Numbered from the whole stretch's first letter, positions 1 through 10,970 are shown. The stretch is DNA of 63,934 nt, filler included, from an uncultured Methanosarcinales archaeon (GCA_964550945.1; 13 parts of 13 records of this genome joined end to end with filler, not necessarily neighbours in it); one strand, 5' to 3'. The notes: generated by a model from the letters alone, not told the origin. Translations and numbers: made by a program.

Positions 1-125
1 AAAAGCTGTTAAACAACCCAGATTGGAAACTCGTTTATTTTGATAAACTTAGTTCTCTTTATATAAACAATCTTACTGAATATAAAGAAATCCCTCATTA
101 TAAGCTTATCAGTAATATGGGTTAA
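1..125 (+). CDS. 3' fragment of a probable membrane-associated protein (partial)
   Basis: Open frame from position 3 (KLLNNPDWKLVYFDKLSSLYINN...MG*). The WKLVYFD motif resembles C-termini of GT-C-like membrane proteins. Its stop overlaps that of the convergent gene. Confidence 0.45.
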   Translation, partial: KLLNNPDWKLVYFDKLSSLYINNLTEYKEIPHYKLISNMG

Positions 126-1723
126 TCAACAATCTTAACTGCAATGCTGCCATCAGGATACTTCACTTCAAAAATTATTCTTTTTTCAGGAAGGTCTTCT
201 CCTTTTACCATATACCACTGATTTTGAGGATCATGGTAGCCTACCTTTATCCATGCTCCTTTATCATAATCGGTAGGATTAACAAGATCAGAATATTGTT
301 GTGTTTTATAACAAAAGGAGGTATCTTCTTCCAAACAAAATCCAATGTTCTTAAATTGAGGTGTTAATCTTGGATCAAACTTTAAATAGAAAAGAAGGTA
401 AATAATATTGTTGTCTATATGGCCTGACACTATCAACTTATCATACTCTTTTTCATGTTCCTTTGCATAATTTATTATGTCCCTGTAACCATAATTCCAA
501 TACTCGGCAGAATATTTTGGGTACTCTACAAAATATTCTTTCATAAAAAGCGCAATATTTCCTAAAGAGAATACAATAAAAATAACCAAAAGACCAGCTA
601 GCGTTAGTTTTGTTTTTTTAGAATCAACTTTTGATTTAATCCAATAAAATAGTTTGTATAAAACATATGCAGCCATAATCTGGAAAGTGGGTAATATAAC
701 CAGAGCTCTAGCAAGATTGTGATGGTCCCATTGGGTTAAGCTTGCCGGAATAGGGGCAAGAAATAACCATGCCAATATCAATTTATGTTCTTTGCTAAAT
801 TTTTTTATAAGAAGAAATAATCCAAGAAGAATCAGAGGAATTTCAAAATAATAGAGCAATCCAAATTTCCTTGGAATAAATCGCGGATTATGGTCTTGAT
901 TAAAGAATAAAAAATCTGGTGAAAAATAATGAATATAATTAGATAAAAATAAACCTAGCGATTTAATGGGGTGTTCAAAATCAACAATTGTAACCCGTTC
1001 GAATCTTTTTTGAGATTTTCCTTCGCTTAAATCTACAAAAAAAGGCATTAATAATAATAGTAATATCAAAATCGCAATTAAAACCTCTTTTTTTATTGAT
1101 ATTTTTAATCCTTCCTTAACATCTATTATTTTTATTTTGTATATAATAAAAAATGCTATTAAAAACAAAGGAACAAACAATTTTGAAGTAGCATATGAAT
1201 AAAAACTTAGACCTAAAGGAAAAGCACTATAAATAAAATATTTTTTATTTTTTAGTGCCTTACACAAGAGTAACAACCCTAATACAAAAAGGAAATTAAA
1301 ACTTGCCCACTCCATACCAAGCCTTGTTAAAAGAATATGCCATGGAGAGATTGCTAGCAAAAAAGAAGCAATCAGCCCTATCTTATAATTGAATAAATTT
1401 TTTACTAATAGGAAAGTAAAAAGAACAGTCAAAACACCAAATACTGCAGATGGCAACCTTGTAGCAAATTCATTTAATCCAAAAATAAAAATGCTAGGAA
1501 CAGTGCTATAGATATAAACTGGTTTATATTGACCATACGCTTTAAAATAAATTGGGAATTTCTCACCCCATTGGTCTGTTCCACGAGTTAATATGCTATA
1601 AGCATTGTACCCTGTAGATGCCTCATCAGGGATAAACCCATTAGGAACTGCGCTTAGTTTGTATACTCTTAAAAAAAGAGCCAATATCAATATGGCCAAT
1701 AGGAGGATATACTTTTTTTTCAT
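122..1723 (-). CDS. ArnT/PMT-family (GT-C fold) membrane glycosyltransferase
   Basis: DEA motif (FIPDEASTGYNAYSIL), RLPSAVFG and LLAISPWHI motifs, many TM helices. ATG 1723 is preferred because TTTAAATA lies about 25 nt upstream. Confidence 0.85.
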   Translation of the reverse strand: MKKKYILLLAILILALFLRVYKLSAVPNGFIPDEASTGYNAYSILTRGTDQWGEKFPIYFKAYGQYKPVYIYSTVPSIFIFGLNEFATRLPSAVFGVLTVLFTFLLVKNLFNYKIGLIASFLLAISPWHILLTRLGMEWASFNFLFVLGLLLLCKALKNKKYFIYSAFPLGLSFYSYATSKLFVPLFLIAFFIIYKIKIIDVKEGLKISIKKEVLIAILILLLLLMPFFVDLSEGKSQKRFERVTIVDFEHPIKSLGLFLSNYIHYFSPDFLFFNQDHNPRFIPRKFGLLYYFEIPLILLGLFLLIKKFSKEHKLILAWLFLAPIPASLTQWDHHNLARALVILPTFQIMAAYVLYKLFYWIKSKVDSKKTKLTLAGLLVIFIVFSLGNIALFMKEYFVEYPKYSAEYWNYGYRDIINYAKEHEKEYDKLIVSGHIDNNIIYLLFYLKFDPRLTPQFKNIGFCLEEDTSFCYKTQQYSDLVNPTDYDKGAWIKVGYHDPQNQWYMVKGEDLPEKRIIFEVKYPDGSIAVKIVD

Positions 1724-1876
1724 AGGGCGATTAATATGAGCATATCTATTTAAAGCTTTTTGCGTTACCAACATAACATTAGATATTATTTGAACTATTT
1801 ATCCAAATAATCCCTAGATTTGAATTTCACAAGATATTTAAATGAAGAATAAACCTATCCCTAACAAGGTGATGTC

Positions 1877-2599
1877 ATGAAAAATTTGTTATTAGTTATC
1901 ATATTAACATTTGCAGTCTTATTAAGCGGATGCATCAAAGAGGGATACACCTTTGAAAAAGGCTTTAAAGAAGTTTTAGCATTAGACGAAAAGTATGATG
2001 GCTCTTTTTATGACGAATCTATAGACCCAGGTAACTTATACAATTCTTCCTTATTCCTCCCAGTGCAAGGACGAATTCTAGTGCCATTAGAGAATATTGA
2101 TCCTTTTATAGCAGACCTTGACTTATTAAAGGAAAATGTAAGCCAGATGGAAGTCAATAACCACACAACAGCTATGCTTCAATTTATTGAGCTTAGAAAA
2201 AAAATGCTGGAAATGCAGCGCTATTATCATCTTGGAGAGGCTCAAAAAGAAAATCTTATAGTAGGCCCCAAAAGAAGCGGAATTATGCCCATTAGGGGTT
2301 TTGGATGTAAAGAAGCACCAAAAATTACTGAGACAGCAGTATATTATAATATGTCGGCTAACCTAGGACAAGAAGCATCAGATATGATAGATGGCTTATT
2401 GAACAAGTTCCAAGATGACCCAGATATTCCTGCCATTATTGGTTTAGACAACCCAGACCCAAGTTTAAATCATCCAAGCTTAAATCACAGACCCAAGTTT
2501 ATTGATGGCCCATTTTGGCCTATGATAAATGTTATGAATATTAATGCAGGGCGTATTAAGAGTTATTGCTATAATAAAGACTATGTTGAGCTAAAATAG
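1877..2599 (+). CDS. Hypothetical lipoprotein
   Basis: Signal peptide with lipobox LLSGC, GGTGA SD, short PSLNH-PSLNH duplication. Confidence 0.7.
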   Translation: MKNLLLVIILTFAVLLSGCIKEGYTFEKGFKEVLALDEKYDGSFYDESIDPGNLYNSSLFLPVQGRILVPLENIDPFIADLDLLKENVSQMEVNNHTTAMLQFIELRKKMLEMQRYYHLGEAQKENLIVGPKRSGIMPIRGFGCKEAPKITETAVYYNMSANLGQEASDMIDGLLNKFQDDPDIPAIIGLDNPDPSLNHPSLNHRPKFIDGPFWPMINVMNINAGRIKSYCYNKDYVELK

Positions 2600-2832
2600 G
2601 CCCTTATAACCAATTATCAACTATGAGCTATACATTAAAATATACACATTACATAACACATTCTAACCGTAAGATTTAAATAGGGTAAGAGACAGAATCC
2701 CTTAATAGAGGAACTACTCTAAAGAGCATGTAAGAGTGGTTTCTATACATATAAATCGACGGTGTCGGTTTAAAAAAAAGATAAAAAAGGCATGATAGCC
2801 AAAAAAAATAAACACGGAGGTGTTTAGGTAAA

Positions 2833-5388
2833 ATGAGGTTAAGAAAAGCAATTAAAAGGATAGCTGCCTTCGGCGTAGGAGCTGCATTTATTGGCTCTAC
2901 AATGATGGGTGCTATGGCTGCTGACCTTAGTACATATCCAGCGCCATTTATATCAAATGGTGTATTCTCTGGCGTACTGGTCGTAGGAGATAAAGCAGCA
3001 GCAGAAGATGTTATCGGTGTGAGCGATCTTGCATCAAGTTTGCAGTTCGCAGCAACAAAAAAAGCAGGCACAACTACAACAACAACAACAGTTGAAGGAG
3101 ATTCTTATTTGGTTAAGGCAAGCGGAGATAGTCTAAACTTAAACCAGAATCTAAGCGATGTAAAGCAAATTTTGGATAGCAATGATTTAAAGGCACTATC
3201 AGACGGCACAATAAGCAACGAAAAAGGAACCTATACTTATAAGCAATACTTGCAACTTGGCGCAAGCAGTGGCGGCGGTGGAGGTTCGGTTGTAACATAC
3301 ACAACAGATGATGTATCTCCAGATGACCCAGCATTCTATCTTAAGTTCTATTCGGATCTTGCTACTGCTACAGACCCAGATGGAACCGAAGCATATGCCT
3401 GGAAACTGCAATTCCCAACATCACTAAAATCAGACATCGACTCAAGTAACGATCTAGACGATTTAGACAACAAGAAACTATCTATTTTAGGAAAAGAGTA
3501 TACTATTGTTAATACGGAGTTTACTGGCAGCGGCAATGTACAACGACCTTATGGAATACTTACTTTGGATTTAATGGGCGGTGCTTGGTCAGGAACAATG
3601 CAGGAAGGAGAAGAAAAAACAATAAAGATAAACGACAAGGATTATGTCACAAAAGTTGACATTATTACAGACTCAGGTACAAGAACTGCAAAGTTAACCA
3701 TAAATGGAGAAACAACTGACGAAATGGGAGAGCCAAGCCAAAGTTCATATCCTTGGTCATATAAAATGACTGATGGAACTGAGCTTGGAATTAAATCCAT
3801 TATGCCAAACGAAGCAGGAGATGTAACCCAAGACCAGATTGAGTTTTATCTTGGTGCGCAAAAAATGAGCATTGAAGATAACATAGAGGGTAACATCACT
3901 GGAACACTATATATGAGCGGAGATTCAGTTACAGATTTAGTTGCGGATATAACAGGTAGCAATTCAACTGGTGACGTAGAGATAAGCTCTATCGAAATAT
4001 GGTGGGAAGCAGGAGACGATTATTATGTGCCAGTAGGTGGAAAACTATCAGAGCAATTATCAGCTGATGAGAAGGATATACTATTGAGTAACCTGGACTT
4101 CTATCTTGGAGGAGTCAACCTTAATGACAAAGACACAATAAAACTATCCCCTAATGGAGATAACAAGTATAAATTCTCAGCAAAAAACAAAGATGGAGAA
4201 GAAACATCATTGGATTTGTTCTACTATACCGGTGGAAACATTCTTCTTGCAAAAGGAGATGCAGCTAAGAATATTAGCGTAGTTGAGTTAGGAGCAGTCA
4301 CTAGTGTACCAAAAAACTGCTTCTTCCTGGTAGAGAAGAATAAATACAGCCACTTAGTTGAAGTAGACAAATTTGACGCCACAAGCAACTATCTTTACTT
4401 AAAGGATTTTGCAACAAGCAAGCAAACTAAGCACTCATACACAAATGGTGGTGGAGCAGTTGACTTCTACAAAAATGGAAACAAATTTACAGTAACAGTG
4501 AATGCAGCTGAAGACGCTGTAGGACTAACAGACATCACTGATGGCGAACCTAGTGTACCAACTATGAGTACTTCTTTCACCGGTGGACAAAACTCTACAT
4601 TCTACACAGAGCACGAAGCTGTAATCAAATGGGCAGCACATAACGCTACGGGTATGCAATCAACAGAAACAGGCACAGCTTTTAATGGAACATTAATCCT
4701 TGAAGACGAAGACGGACAACAGGATTCTTCAACAACAGTCCACCAATTGAACGTCAGCATTACTCACGACGGAACAAGGCTGCAGATTGGAACTCCAGGA
4801 TCAACATCTCCAGGATTCGCAATGAAAGCTTGGGATACAGACACCTATAAAGAGACAGCCTATACCGACTGGGGAACTTATGTAGAGAGGGACACAAGCG
4901 GCAACCAAGACACCATAACAATTGAATACCCTGGATCAGAAGCCACAGCAGATGTCTATGTCTTAGGCGGTGTTGTAACAACCTCAACAGGCGGAGAATC
5001 TGCTGAGTCAGTGACAATAAACAAGATAGAAGTTGGCGCAACAAAGCTTGCTAGCGAAGTAGCAGATGTAAAAGCACAAAATACCATCATAGTTGGTGGG
5101 CCATGTGCTAACCCAAGAGCTGCCGATGCCTTAGGAAATCCAGCTGATTGCGCAGCAGGATTTGAGGCAGGAAAAGGCTTGATCCAATTGGTCGAGTTTG
5201 ACAATGGCAAAGTAGCGCTATTAGTTGCTGGTTATTCAGCTGCTGATACAAGAGCCGCTACAACTGTACTTGCAAACTACAAGGATAATGCAGCAGACCT
5301 AAAGGGCAAGAAAGTTGAAGTAACAACTGCTACAAGCAAAGTATCTGAAGTAACCGCAGCAGCAACAACTACAACAACAACTGCTTAA
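2833..5388 (+). CDS. S-layer protein (Methanococcus/DPANN type, S_layer_N + S_layer_C)
   Basis: N-terminal ADLSTYPAPF...VVGDKAAAEDVIG, C-terminal IIVGGPCAN...LLVAGYSAADT, Thr-rich linkers, strong GGAGGTG SD. Confidence 0.92.
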   Translation: MRLRKAIKRIAAFGVGAAFIGSTMMGAMAADLSTYPAPFISNGVFSGVLVVGDKAAAEDVIGVSDLASSLQFAATKKAGTTTTTTTVEGDSYLVKASGDSLNLNQNLSDVKQILDSNDLKALSDGTISNEKGTYTYKQYLQLGASSGGGGGSVVTYTTDDVSPDDPAFYLKFYSDLATATDPDGTEAYAWKLQFPTSLKSDIDSSNDLDDLDNKKLSILGKEYTIVNTEFTGSGNVQRPYGILTLDLMGGAWSGTMQEGEEKTIKINDKDYVTKVDIITDSGTRTAKLTINGETTDEMGEPSQSSYPWSYKMTDGTELGIKSIMPNEAGDVTQDQIEFYLGAQKMSIEDNIEGNITGTLYMSGDSVTDLVADITGSNSTGDVEISSIEIWWEAGDDYYVPVGGKLSEQLSADEKDILLSNLDFYLGGVNLNDKDTIKLSPNGDNKYKFSAKNKDGEETSLDLFYYTGGNILLAKGDAAKNISVVELGAVTSVPKNCFFLVEKNKYSHLVEVDKFDATSNYLYLKDFATSKQTKHSYTNGGGAVDFYKNGNKFTVTVNAAEDAVGLTDITDGEPSVPTMSTSFTGGQNSTFYTEHEAVIKWAAHNATGMQSTETGTAFNGTLILEDEDGQQDSSTTVHQLNVSITHDGTRLQIGTPGSTSPGFAMKAWDTDTYKETAYTDWGTYVERDTSGNQDTITIEYPGSEATADVYVLGGVVTTSTGGESAESVTINKIEVGATKLASEVADVKAQNTIIVGGPCANPRAADALGNPADCAAGFEAGKGLIQLVEFDNGKVALLVAGYSAADTRAATTVLANYKDNAADLKGKKVEVTTATSKVSEVTAAATTTTTTA

Positions 5389-5424
5389 ACGCAGTAGTTT
5401 CTTTCTTTTTTTTATTTTATTTTT
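5380..5424 (+). terminator. Hairpin plus oligo-T terminator of the S-layer gene
   Basis: ACTGC-TTAAAC-GCAGT followed by a long T tract right at the stop codon. Confidence 0.65.
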
Positions 5425-5427
5425 CAA

Positions 5428-5527
5428 NNNNNNNNNNNNNNNNNNNNNNNNNNNNNNNNNNNNNNNNNNNNTTAATTAATTAANNNNNNNNNNNNNNNNN
5501 NNNNNNNNNNNNNNNNNNNNNNNNNNN
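5428..5527. other. Artificial contig-joining linker (first of 12)
   Basis: 44 N + TTAATTAATTAA (stops in all six frames) + 44 N. The same linker occurs at 10779-10878, 16096-16195, 21413-21512, 26688-26787, 31903-32002, 36968-37067, 42003-42102, 47025-47124, 51894-51993, 56733-56832 and 61557-61656. Separate 10-N scaffold gaps lie at 19117-19126 and 40262-40271. Contig lengths fall steadily. Confidence 0.99.
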
Positions 5528-6909
5528 GAACAGAGACTGCCCTTATCTATATCGCTAAAGAATTAGCTAAACTAGATTTCAAGGTAACAGTGTTTAATAA
5601 TTGCGACAAGCCAGGAACCTATAATAATGTTGAATATAAAAAATTCGAAGAGTTTGACCCTAAAGTAGAGACTGACATTTTCATTGCCGTCAGATTCTTA
5701 GACATATTCAACAACAGCATAAACTCGAAGATAAGCCTATTCTGGACAGAAGATGACTATAACCAGCCTTTCCTGAAAGCTTTGATGGAAAAAAGCATCC
5801 TTTCAAAAATAGGCAAAATAATCACTGTTAGCAATTTCCAAACAAACAACATCTCTAATTATTTTAAAATACCCAAAGAAAAATTCTTTACAACAAGAAA
5901 CGGAGTTGATATTAATGGCTTTGAGTTAAGTGTTAATAAAAATAAGAATAAATTAATTTATACAAGCGCCCCTTTCCGCGGCTTGGATATTCTTTTAGAC
6001 ATACTCCATTTAATAAAAAAAGAGATTCCAAACGCTGAATTGCATATCTTCAGCAGCATGAAAACCTACACCCTCTCTGAAGAAGAAGACAAGAAATCAT
6101 ACAAGAATATATACAAAAAGGCCAATCAGCCAGGCGTTTTTTTAAGAGGAAGCATAACACAAAAAGAGCTGGCCAATGAATTGCTGAGCTCTTACCTTTT
6201 TGTTTACCCCAATAAATTTCCAGAAACATCATGCATCGCTGCTATTGAAGCTCAGGCAGCAGGCGTTCCAATTGTCACATCAAAATTAGGGGCTTTAACA
6301 GAAACAGTTGAGCAGGGCATATTGATTGAAGGAAATCCTTATTCTGAAGAATACAAAACTAAATTTGTAAAAACTGTCATTGATCTGTTAAAAGATGAAG
6401 ATGAGTGGAAAAGATTGAGTGAAATAGGAAAAAAGAGTATTAAAGAATTATATGATTGGGAGATGATCGCAAAAGAATGGAAAGAAGAGTTTTCAGGATT
6501 ATTAAAGAACGCCAAAAAAGAGAAGAATAATTTTGAAATAGGCAAGGATTTCTTTGACAAAAAAGAATTCAATAAAGCTAAAGAATATTTTGAGAGGTAT
6601 CTAAAAGAAACCCCTAATGACAGCTCAACCCATTTCTATCTGGCTGTGGCATTTGATGAACAAGGCGATAATGAAAAAGCGATCTTCCACTATAAAAAAG
6701 CATTAGAGCTGAATCCAAGAGCTGAAAACGCCTATAACAATCTGGCTCTGGCCTACATAAAAATCAAAGACTACAGGAATGCCTATGGGGTTTTAATGAA
6801 AGCTGTAAAATTAGGCCACCCTAAAAAGAAAGATATGGCAGAGCTTGCAAAGCAGATAAAAGAGAAAATAGATGGCAAAATCAGCTATTCTTTCTCTGTT
6901 AACCCATAA
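5528..6909 (+). CDS. GT4-family glycosyltransferase with C-terminal TPR repeats (5' partial)
   Basis: Frame open from the contig start (TETALIYIAKEL), YTSAPFRGLDILL, ETSCIAAIEAQAAGVP (EX7E), and three TPR-like repeats. Confidence 0.88.
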
Positions 6910-7930
6910 AAAGATCTTTAAACTCCCTGTATCTTCCTAAAACCTCTTCAGGAGAAGCTGTTCCTGTTCCTTTCTTTGTTACTGTAACAGATGAAACAAG
7001 AACACCTAATTGTGCTGCCTCTACTCTACCCGCACCAAGGCACATTGTAGGAACTGCTCCTGCTGTAAAGCTATCTCCTGCACCAGTTATATCAATTGCT
7101 CTAACTGGCAATCCATGTATATGAGAATATCCAGATCCATAAAAAAGCAATGCGCCTTCATTTCCAACTGTTAAAAAAACAGGCGTGTGAGTTCTTTCAT
7201 ATAGTTCAGATCCGCTTGTCTGAGTAACATTCCTATCTATAATATCATGTCTATCATATCTGCCCTGCTCGATTGCATTCGCAGCCTCGCATTCGTTTGG
7301 CTTGATCATAACATGCTCAAATTTTCCAATCCTCACTCTTGAGTCTGCAAAAAATATTTTGTCTCCATATTGAGCTGCTAATACAGCAATTTCAGCCCTA
7401 ACTTTGTCTGTAATAACCCCATAATTTCTTTCAACTACCTGGTCTGAGATTATTACTCCATCAACTTGAGGAACTAATGCCCTAAGATTAGCGATAACTC
7501 CCTCTTCTAAACCTGCAGGCAAAGGCTGTCTTGGCATTGTGTCTTCTCTAAATACCTCCTTGCCATCCTCAAACAACTTGTGATATGTCCATGTTTTAAA
7601 ACCATTTGAAACAACAGCATAACTTGTATCCACCCTTGTAGCTTCTAATCCTTTTCTAAGCACAGCGCCATTTCCATCATCACCAATCACAGTTACTACA
7701 TATATATTCCCCACTCCTAAAGCGCTAAGGTTATTTGTAATTGTCCCAGCCACTCCAGGTGTAGATTCTCTTCTGTCTATGATATACACTGGCTCTCCTT
7801 GGTTCTCCTCAGATTCCCTTCTCTCGCTTGAATTAGTAAATACCAGATCATCAAGAAAAATATCACCAACAACAGCAACTCTAACATCCTTGAATTTATC
7901 CAATAATTGCCTTAATATTTCTTCATTCAC
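6899..7930 (-). CDS. rfaE: RfaE/HldA-like PfkB-family sugar (heptose-7-phosphate) kinase
   Basis: VAVVGDIFLD, KPNECEA, DITGAGDSF and VTVTKKGT motifs; same contig as gmhA. Confidence 0.8.
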   Translation of the reverse strand: MNEEILRQLLDKFKDVRVAVVGDIFLDDLVFTNSSERRESEENQGEPVYIIDRRESTPGVAGTITNNLSALGVGNIYVVTVIGDDGNGAVLRKGLEATRVDTSYAVVSNGFKTWTYHKLFEDGKEVFREDTMPRQPLPAGLEEGVIANLRALVPQVDGVIISDQVVERNYGVITDKVRAEIAVLAAQYGDKIFFADSRVRIGKFEHVMIKPNECEAANAIEQGRYDRHDIIDRNVTQTSGSELYERTHTPVFLTVGNEGALLFYGSGYSHIHGLPVRAIDITGAGDSFTAGAVPTMCLGAGRVEAAQLGVLVSSVTVTKKGTGTASPEEVLGRYREFKDLFMG

Positions 7931-9012
7931 AAATCTCGCCTCATTCTTTCTTCAATAGCATGATAAAGATTTTGGACAAACGCCCTGTTATCCATTTGAA
8001 GGTATTCAAATTGGCCGCCCATTCTGCTAAATGTTTTATGATACCTCAAATAGTAATCTGATTGCGTTTTTCCAGGTTCGCCATTTTGCCAATTGTGTGT
8101 CATTGGCTGGATATCGCAAACTACAATGAGGTTATTATCAGGAGCAGCTCCTTGTTGCAAAGCTAGATTTCTAGCCATTGAGTGAGCCTTCTCATAGATC
8201 ATTGGCCCCATGACTGCTGATCCAATACAGATGAACACCTCCCCCTCAAGTTTCTCTTTAGAATGTGTAAATGTTAAGAAATCTCTGCCTGACGCCTTTC
8301 CAATAGCTGCAAAATCACAATATTGGCTTGTATGAGTAATATCATTGCCAATTCCAACACCCACGCTCAAAGGGATTCTATATCTAAATGCCGCAGCAAG
8401 CAGGCTAAACTCCGGATGTTGGTAATCAAGCCTAACTTCTCTGCCAAGAACTCCTTCTGTGTTCAACAAATCTCCTAACTCGCCTAGCTCTCCTAATTTC
8501 CTTTCAAGAACCACCCTATTAGGCATAAAAAATTTACCTGTTTCAATAAACTCCCCTAATGATTCTCCATAACCCTTGCCTTGAGCTGCGCCAGCAAGAA
8601 CCGCTAGATTGATATATCTGCCAGTCTCTGTCCACAAGCCAAACTGGCCTTCTTTAACATATCGTTCAACACTTTCGCATGTTGCTCCTTGATATGACAT
8701 TTCCCAATCATGGATTGAGCCTGCACCATTTGTTCCTAATTGGGTTATAAACCCATCCTGCATCATCCTGATCAACGCAGGAGAATTTCCATTCCTAAAA
8801 CAATGAGCTCCATAAGCAATAATAACTGCGCTGCCATTCTTTTTTGCTTCTATAATCCTATCAGCAAGCATACCGATTGTTCCTTTATGCTCTTCTGATA
8901 TATCAGGCGGCTGAGAACTAGGATCAATCATTACAGAAACATCAGTTTCATTTACCCTCTCGTTTAAAGGCCGTGTAGTTAACCTTGACCTGTCAAATAT
9001 AGGATATGGCAT
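7927..9012 (-). CDS. Uncharacterised protein with deoxyhypusine-synthase-like NAD/FAD-binding fold
   Basis: YGAH, TNGAGSIHDWE, GIGNDITH and IGSAVMGP motifs; ATGA overlap with the kinase gene. Start at 9012 (MPYPIFDRS) preferred. Confidence 0.6.
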   Translation of the reverse strand: MPYPIFDRSRLTTRPLNERVNETDVSVMIDPSSQPPDISEEHKGTIGMLADRIIEAKKNGSAVIIAYGAHCFRNGNSPALIRMMQDGFITQLGTNGAGSIHDWEMSYQGATCESVERYVKEGQFGLWTETGRYINLAVLAGAAQGKGYGESLGEFIETGKFFMPNRVVLERKLGELGELGDLLNTEGVLGREVRLDYQHPEFSLLAAAFRYRIPLSVGVGIGNDITHTSQYCDFAAIGKASGRDFLTFTHSKEKLEGEVFICIGSAVMGPMIYEKAHSMARNLALQQGAAPDNNLIVVCDIQPMTHNWQNGEPGKTQSDYYLRYHKTFSRMGGQFEYLQMDNRAFVQNLYHAIEERMRRDL

Positions 9013-9131
9013 TATTAATCCCCCATTTAGAGGTGAGTGTTGTTTCATTTAAAAACATTTTGGTAAATGACTATTTTATCGTAGTGATAAAAACAAAAAA
9101 CATTTAAATTAAGGCCTACTCTGGCTAGAAA

Positions 9132-10043
9132 ATGCAAGAAATTCCATCGTATATCCATCCAACAATAGAAGGGACTGCTATTGAGATAGTTAATCAATTT
9201 ACGCCGCATTCTCGTGAACTAGGAGATCTCTTAGTAGGATTTGATGTAGACGGAACATTGACTCTTTTGAGAAAATTCTGGGCAGATTGGCAGCTTTCTA
9301 CAATTCATGCTTATGCTATAGCAGCCGGAATGCCAGACAAGATAGCAGGCAAAGATATATTAGATGTAATAAGAGAAAATGTTCAAATTCTAACCGGACA
9401 TCCCACTTTACGTCAATGTCAGTGGGCTTCTGAATGGATAGAACAGCACACAGGAACAAGGTATGATCCTTTTCAAATAAAAAGGGCATATACCGGGATG
9501 TTAGAACGTGCTGTTGATGAACGAAAAGCAGAGATTGCAAGAACAGGAGATGCTTCACCTTTTTTAGTTCCTTATGTGCATGAATATTTGGGAGAATGGA
9601 ATGCTAGAGGAGCTTATTTTTTTGCAGCTAGCGGAACAGACAGAGATCCAGTAATAGATGACTTAAAAGTTGTTGGATTATACCCTCAATTTCTTCAGTT
9701 TGTTGAAGGTGCAGATGATAAAAATCCAAAATGGGGCAAAGAAGATTCATTCAGGAAAGCTTTAGACGAAAAGCTAGGCGGCAGGGATGGCAGACCTGGA
9801 ACATTAGTTGTAGGCGGAGATTCCTGGATAGAGCAGGAGCTTGCCAATAACATTGCCGGAGATTATCCTAATGTTAATGTCATAAAAGTAGGTGTTGTTG
9901 CTGAACTACCAAATTCATTTGGAATTCTATCTGCTGGATTCAATAGAAGCAGGATTGAAGAACACAATCCCCATATACTTGTTCCTGACTACAGAGACTA
10001 CAAAACCCTAGTGCAGCTTATTATGGGAGAAAGAAATTTATAA
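9132..10043 (+). CDS. HAD-superfamily phosphatase (possible GmhB-role)
   Basis: FDVDGTL motif I, ASGT motif II, K and GGDS motifs; lies inside the heptose cluster. Confidence 0.75.
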   Translation: MQEIPSYIHPTIEGTAIEIVNQFTPHSRELGDLLVGFDVDGTLTLLRKFWADWQLSTIHAYAIAAGMPDKIAGKDILDVIRENVQILTGHPTLRQCQWASEWIEQHTGTRYDPFQIKRAYTGMLERAVDERKAEIARTGDASPFLVPYVHEYLGEWNARGAYFFAASGTDRDPVIDDLKVVGLYPQFLQFVEGADDKNPKWGKEDSFRKALDEKLGGRDGRPGTLVVGGDSWIEQELANNIAGDYPNVNVIKVGVVAELPNSFGILSAGFNRSRIEEHNPHILVPDYRDYKTLVQLIMGERNL

Positions 10044-10054
10044 GAATCTAATGA

Positions 10055-10678
10055 TTAAATATTGGGTCCTTCTCTTGATATTCTTTCATGAAGATAACTC
10101 ACTAAAAGATGGTCTAGTACCATATGCACATCCTCTACAGGACCGTATTCTCCTCTAGCTGTCGGGACCAATATTGCCTGCTTAGCAAGACTAACCAATT
10201 TACCGCCTTCAAAACCAACCCAAGCAACTGTTCTTGCGTCTCTGGTATTAGCATATTCAATCGCTTTCACAATATTAGGAGAGTTACCGCTTGCGCTTAT
10301 GCCAGTTACCACATCACCTGGCTCCAAAAGAGGCTCAAGCTGCCTCATAAAAGTAAACTCATAACCATCATCATTGCCATATGCAGTCAAAGCAGCAGGG
10401 TCTGTCAGAGGAATTACCCTTAATCTCCTTTTTCCTTCCACACCAGTTCCCTTGGCAAAATCATTGACGCAATGAGATGCTGTTGCAAAACTCCCTCCAT
10501 TGCCCATAAAATAGAAATGTCTGTTTTCAGTATAAGCTTGCCACATTGTATCTGCTACTGCCTCTACACTTTTAGGATCGACTTTGTCAAATATGCCTTT
10601 CAGATGTGAAAAATAAGCCTGTGCAAATGCAGCAGATGATGGATCAGATTCATACATTTCACTAAAAACGCTTTCCAT
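10055..10678 (-). CDS. gmhA: SIS-domain phosphoheptose isomerase
   Basis: GNGGSFATASH, TAYGNDDGY, ISASGNSPNI and VEDVH motifs. Confidence 0.88.
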   Translation of the reverse strand: MESVFSEMYESDPSSAAFAQAYFSHLKGIFDKVDPKSVEAVADTMWQAYTENRHFYFMGNGGSFATASHCVNDFAKGTGVEGKRRLRVIPLTDPAALTAYGNDDGYEFTFMRQLEPLLEPGDVVTGISASGNSPNIVKAIEYANTRDARTVAWVGFEGGKLVSLAKQAILVPTARGEYGPVEDVHMVLDHLLVSYLHERISREGPNI

Positions 10679-10904
10679 AGAATAAGGGGAATTGTTGATT
10701 ATTTAAATATGTTTCCACCCAATTGGATGTGGGACAGGATTAGCTAATTTCTATGCTGTTTCTTATAGAAGTTGAATANNNNNNNNNNNNNNNNNNNNNN
10801 NNNNNNNNNNNNNNNNNNNNNNTTAATTAATTAANNNNNNNNNNNNNNNNNNNNNNNNNNNNNNNNNNNNNNNNNNNNATAAAACGAAATATTGGCATCG
10901 CCTA

Positions 10905-10950
10905 TCCCAACCGCAGCAAGCTGCGGGGTATTAAACCCATAACGGGAATA
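10905..10950. repeat. REP-like / IS200-IS605-type hairpin near a contig end
   Basis: Perfect CCGCAGC-AA-GCTGCGG at 10911-10926 followed by GGTATTAAACCC; GC-rich in AT-rich DNA, about 30 bp from the contig break. Confidence 0.5.
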
Positions 10951-10970
10951 AAGACTTTATATGTGACCCC

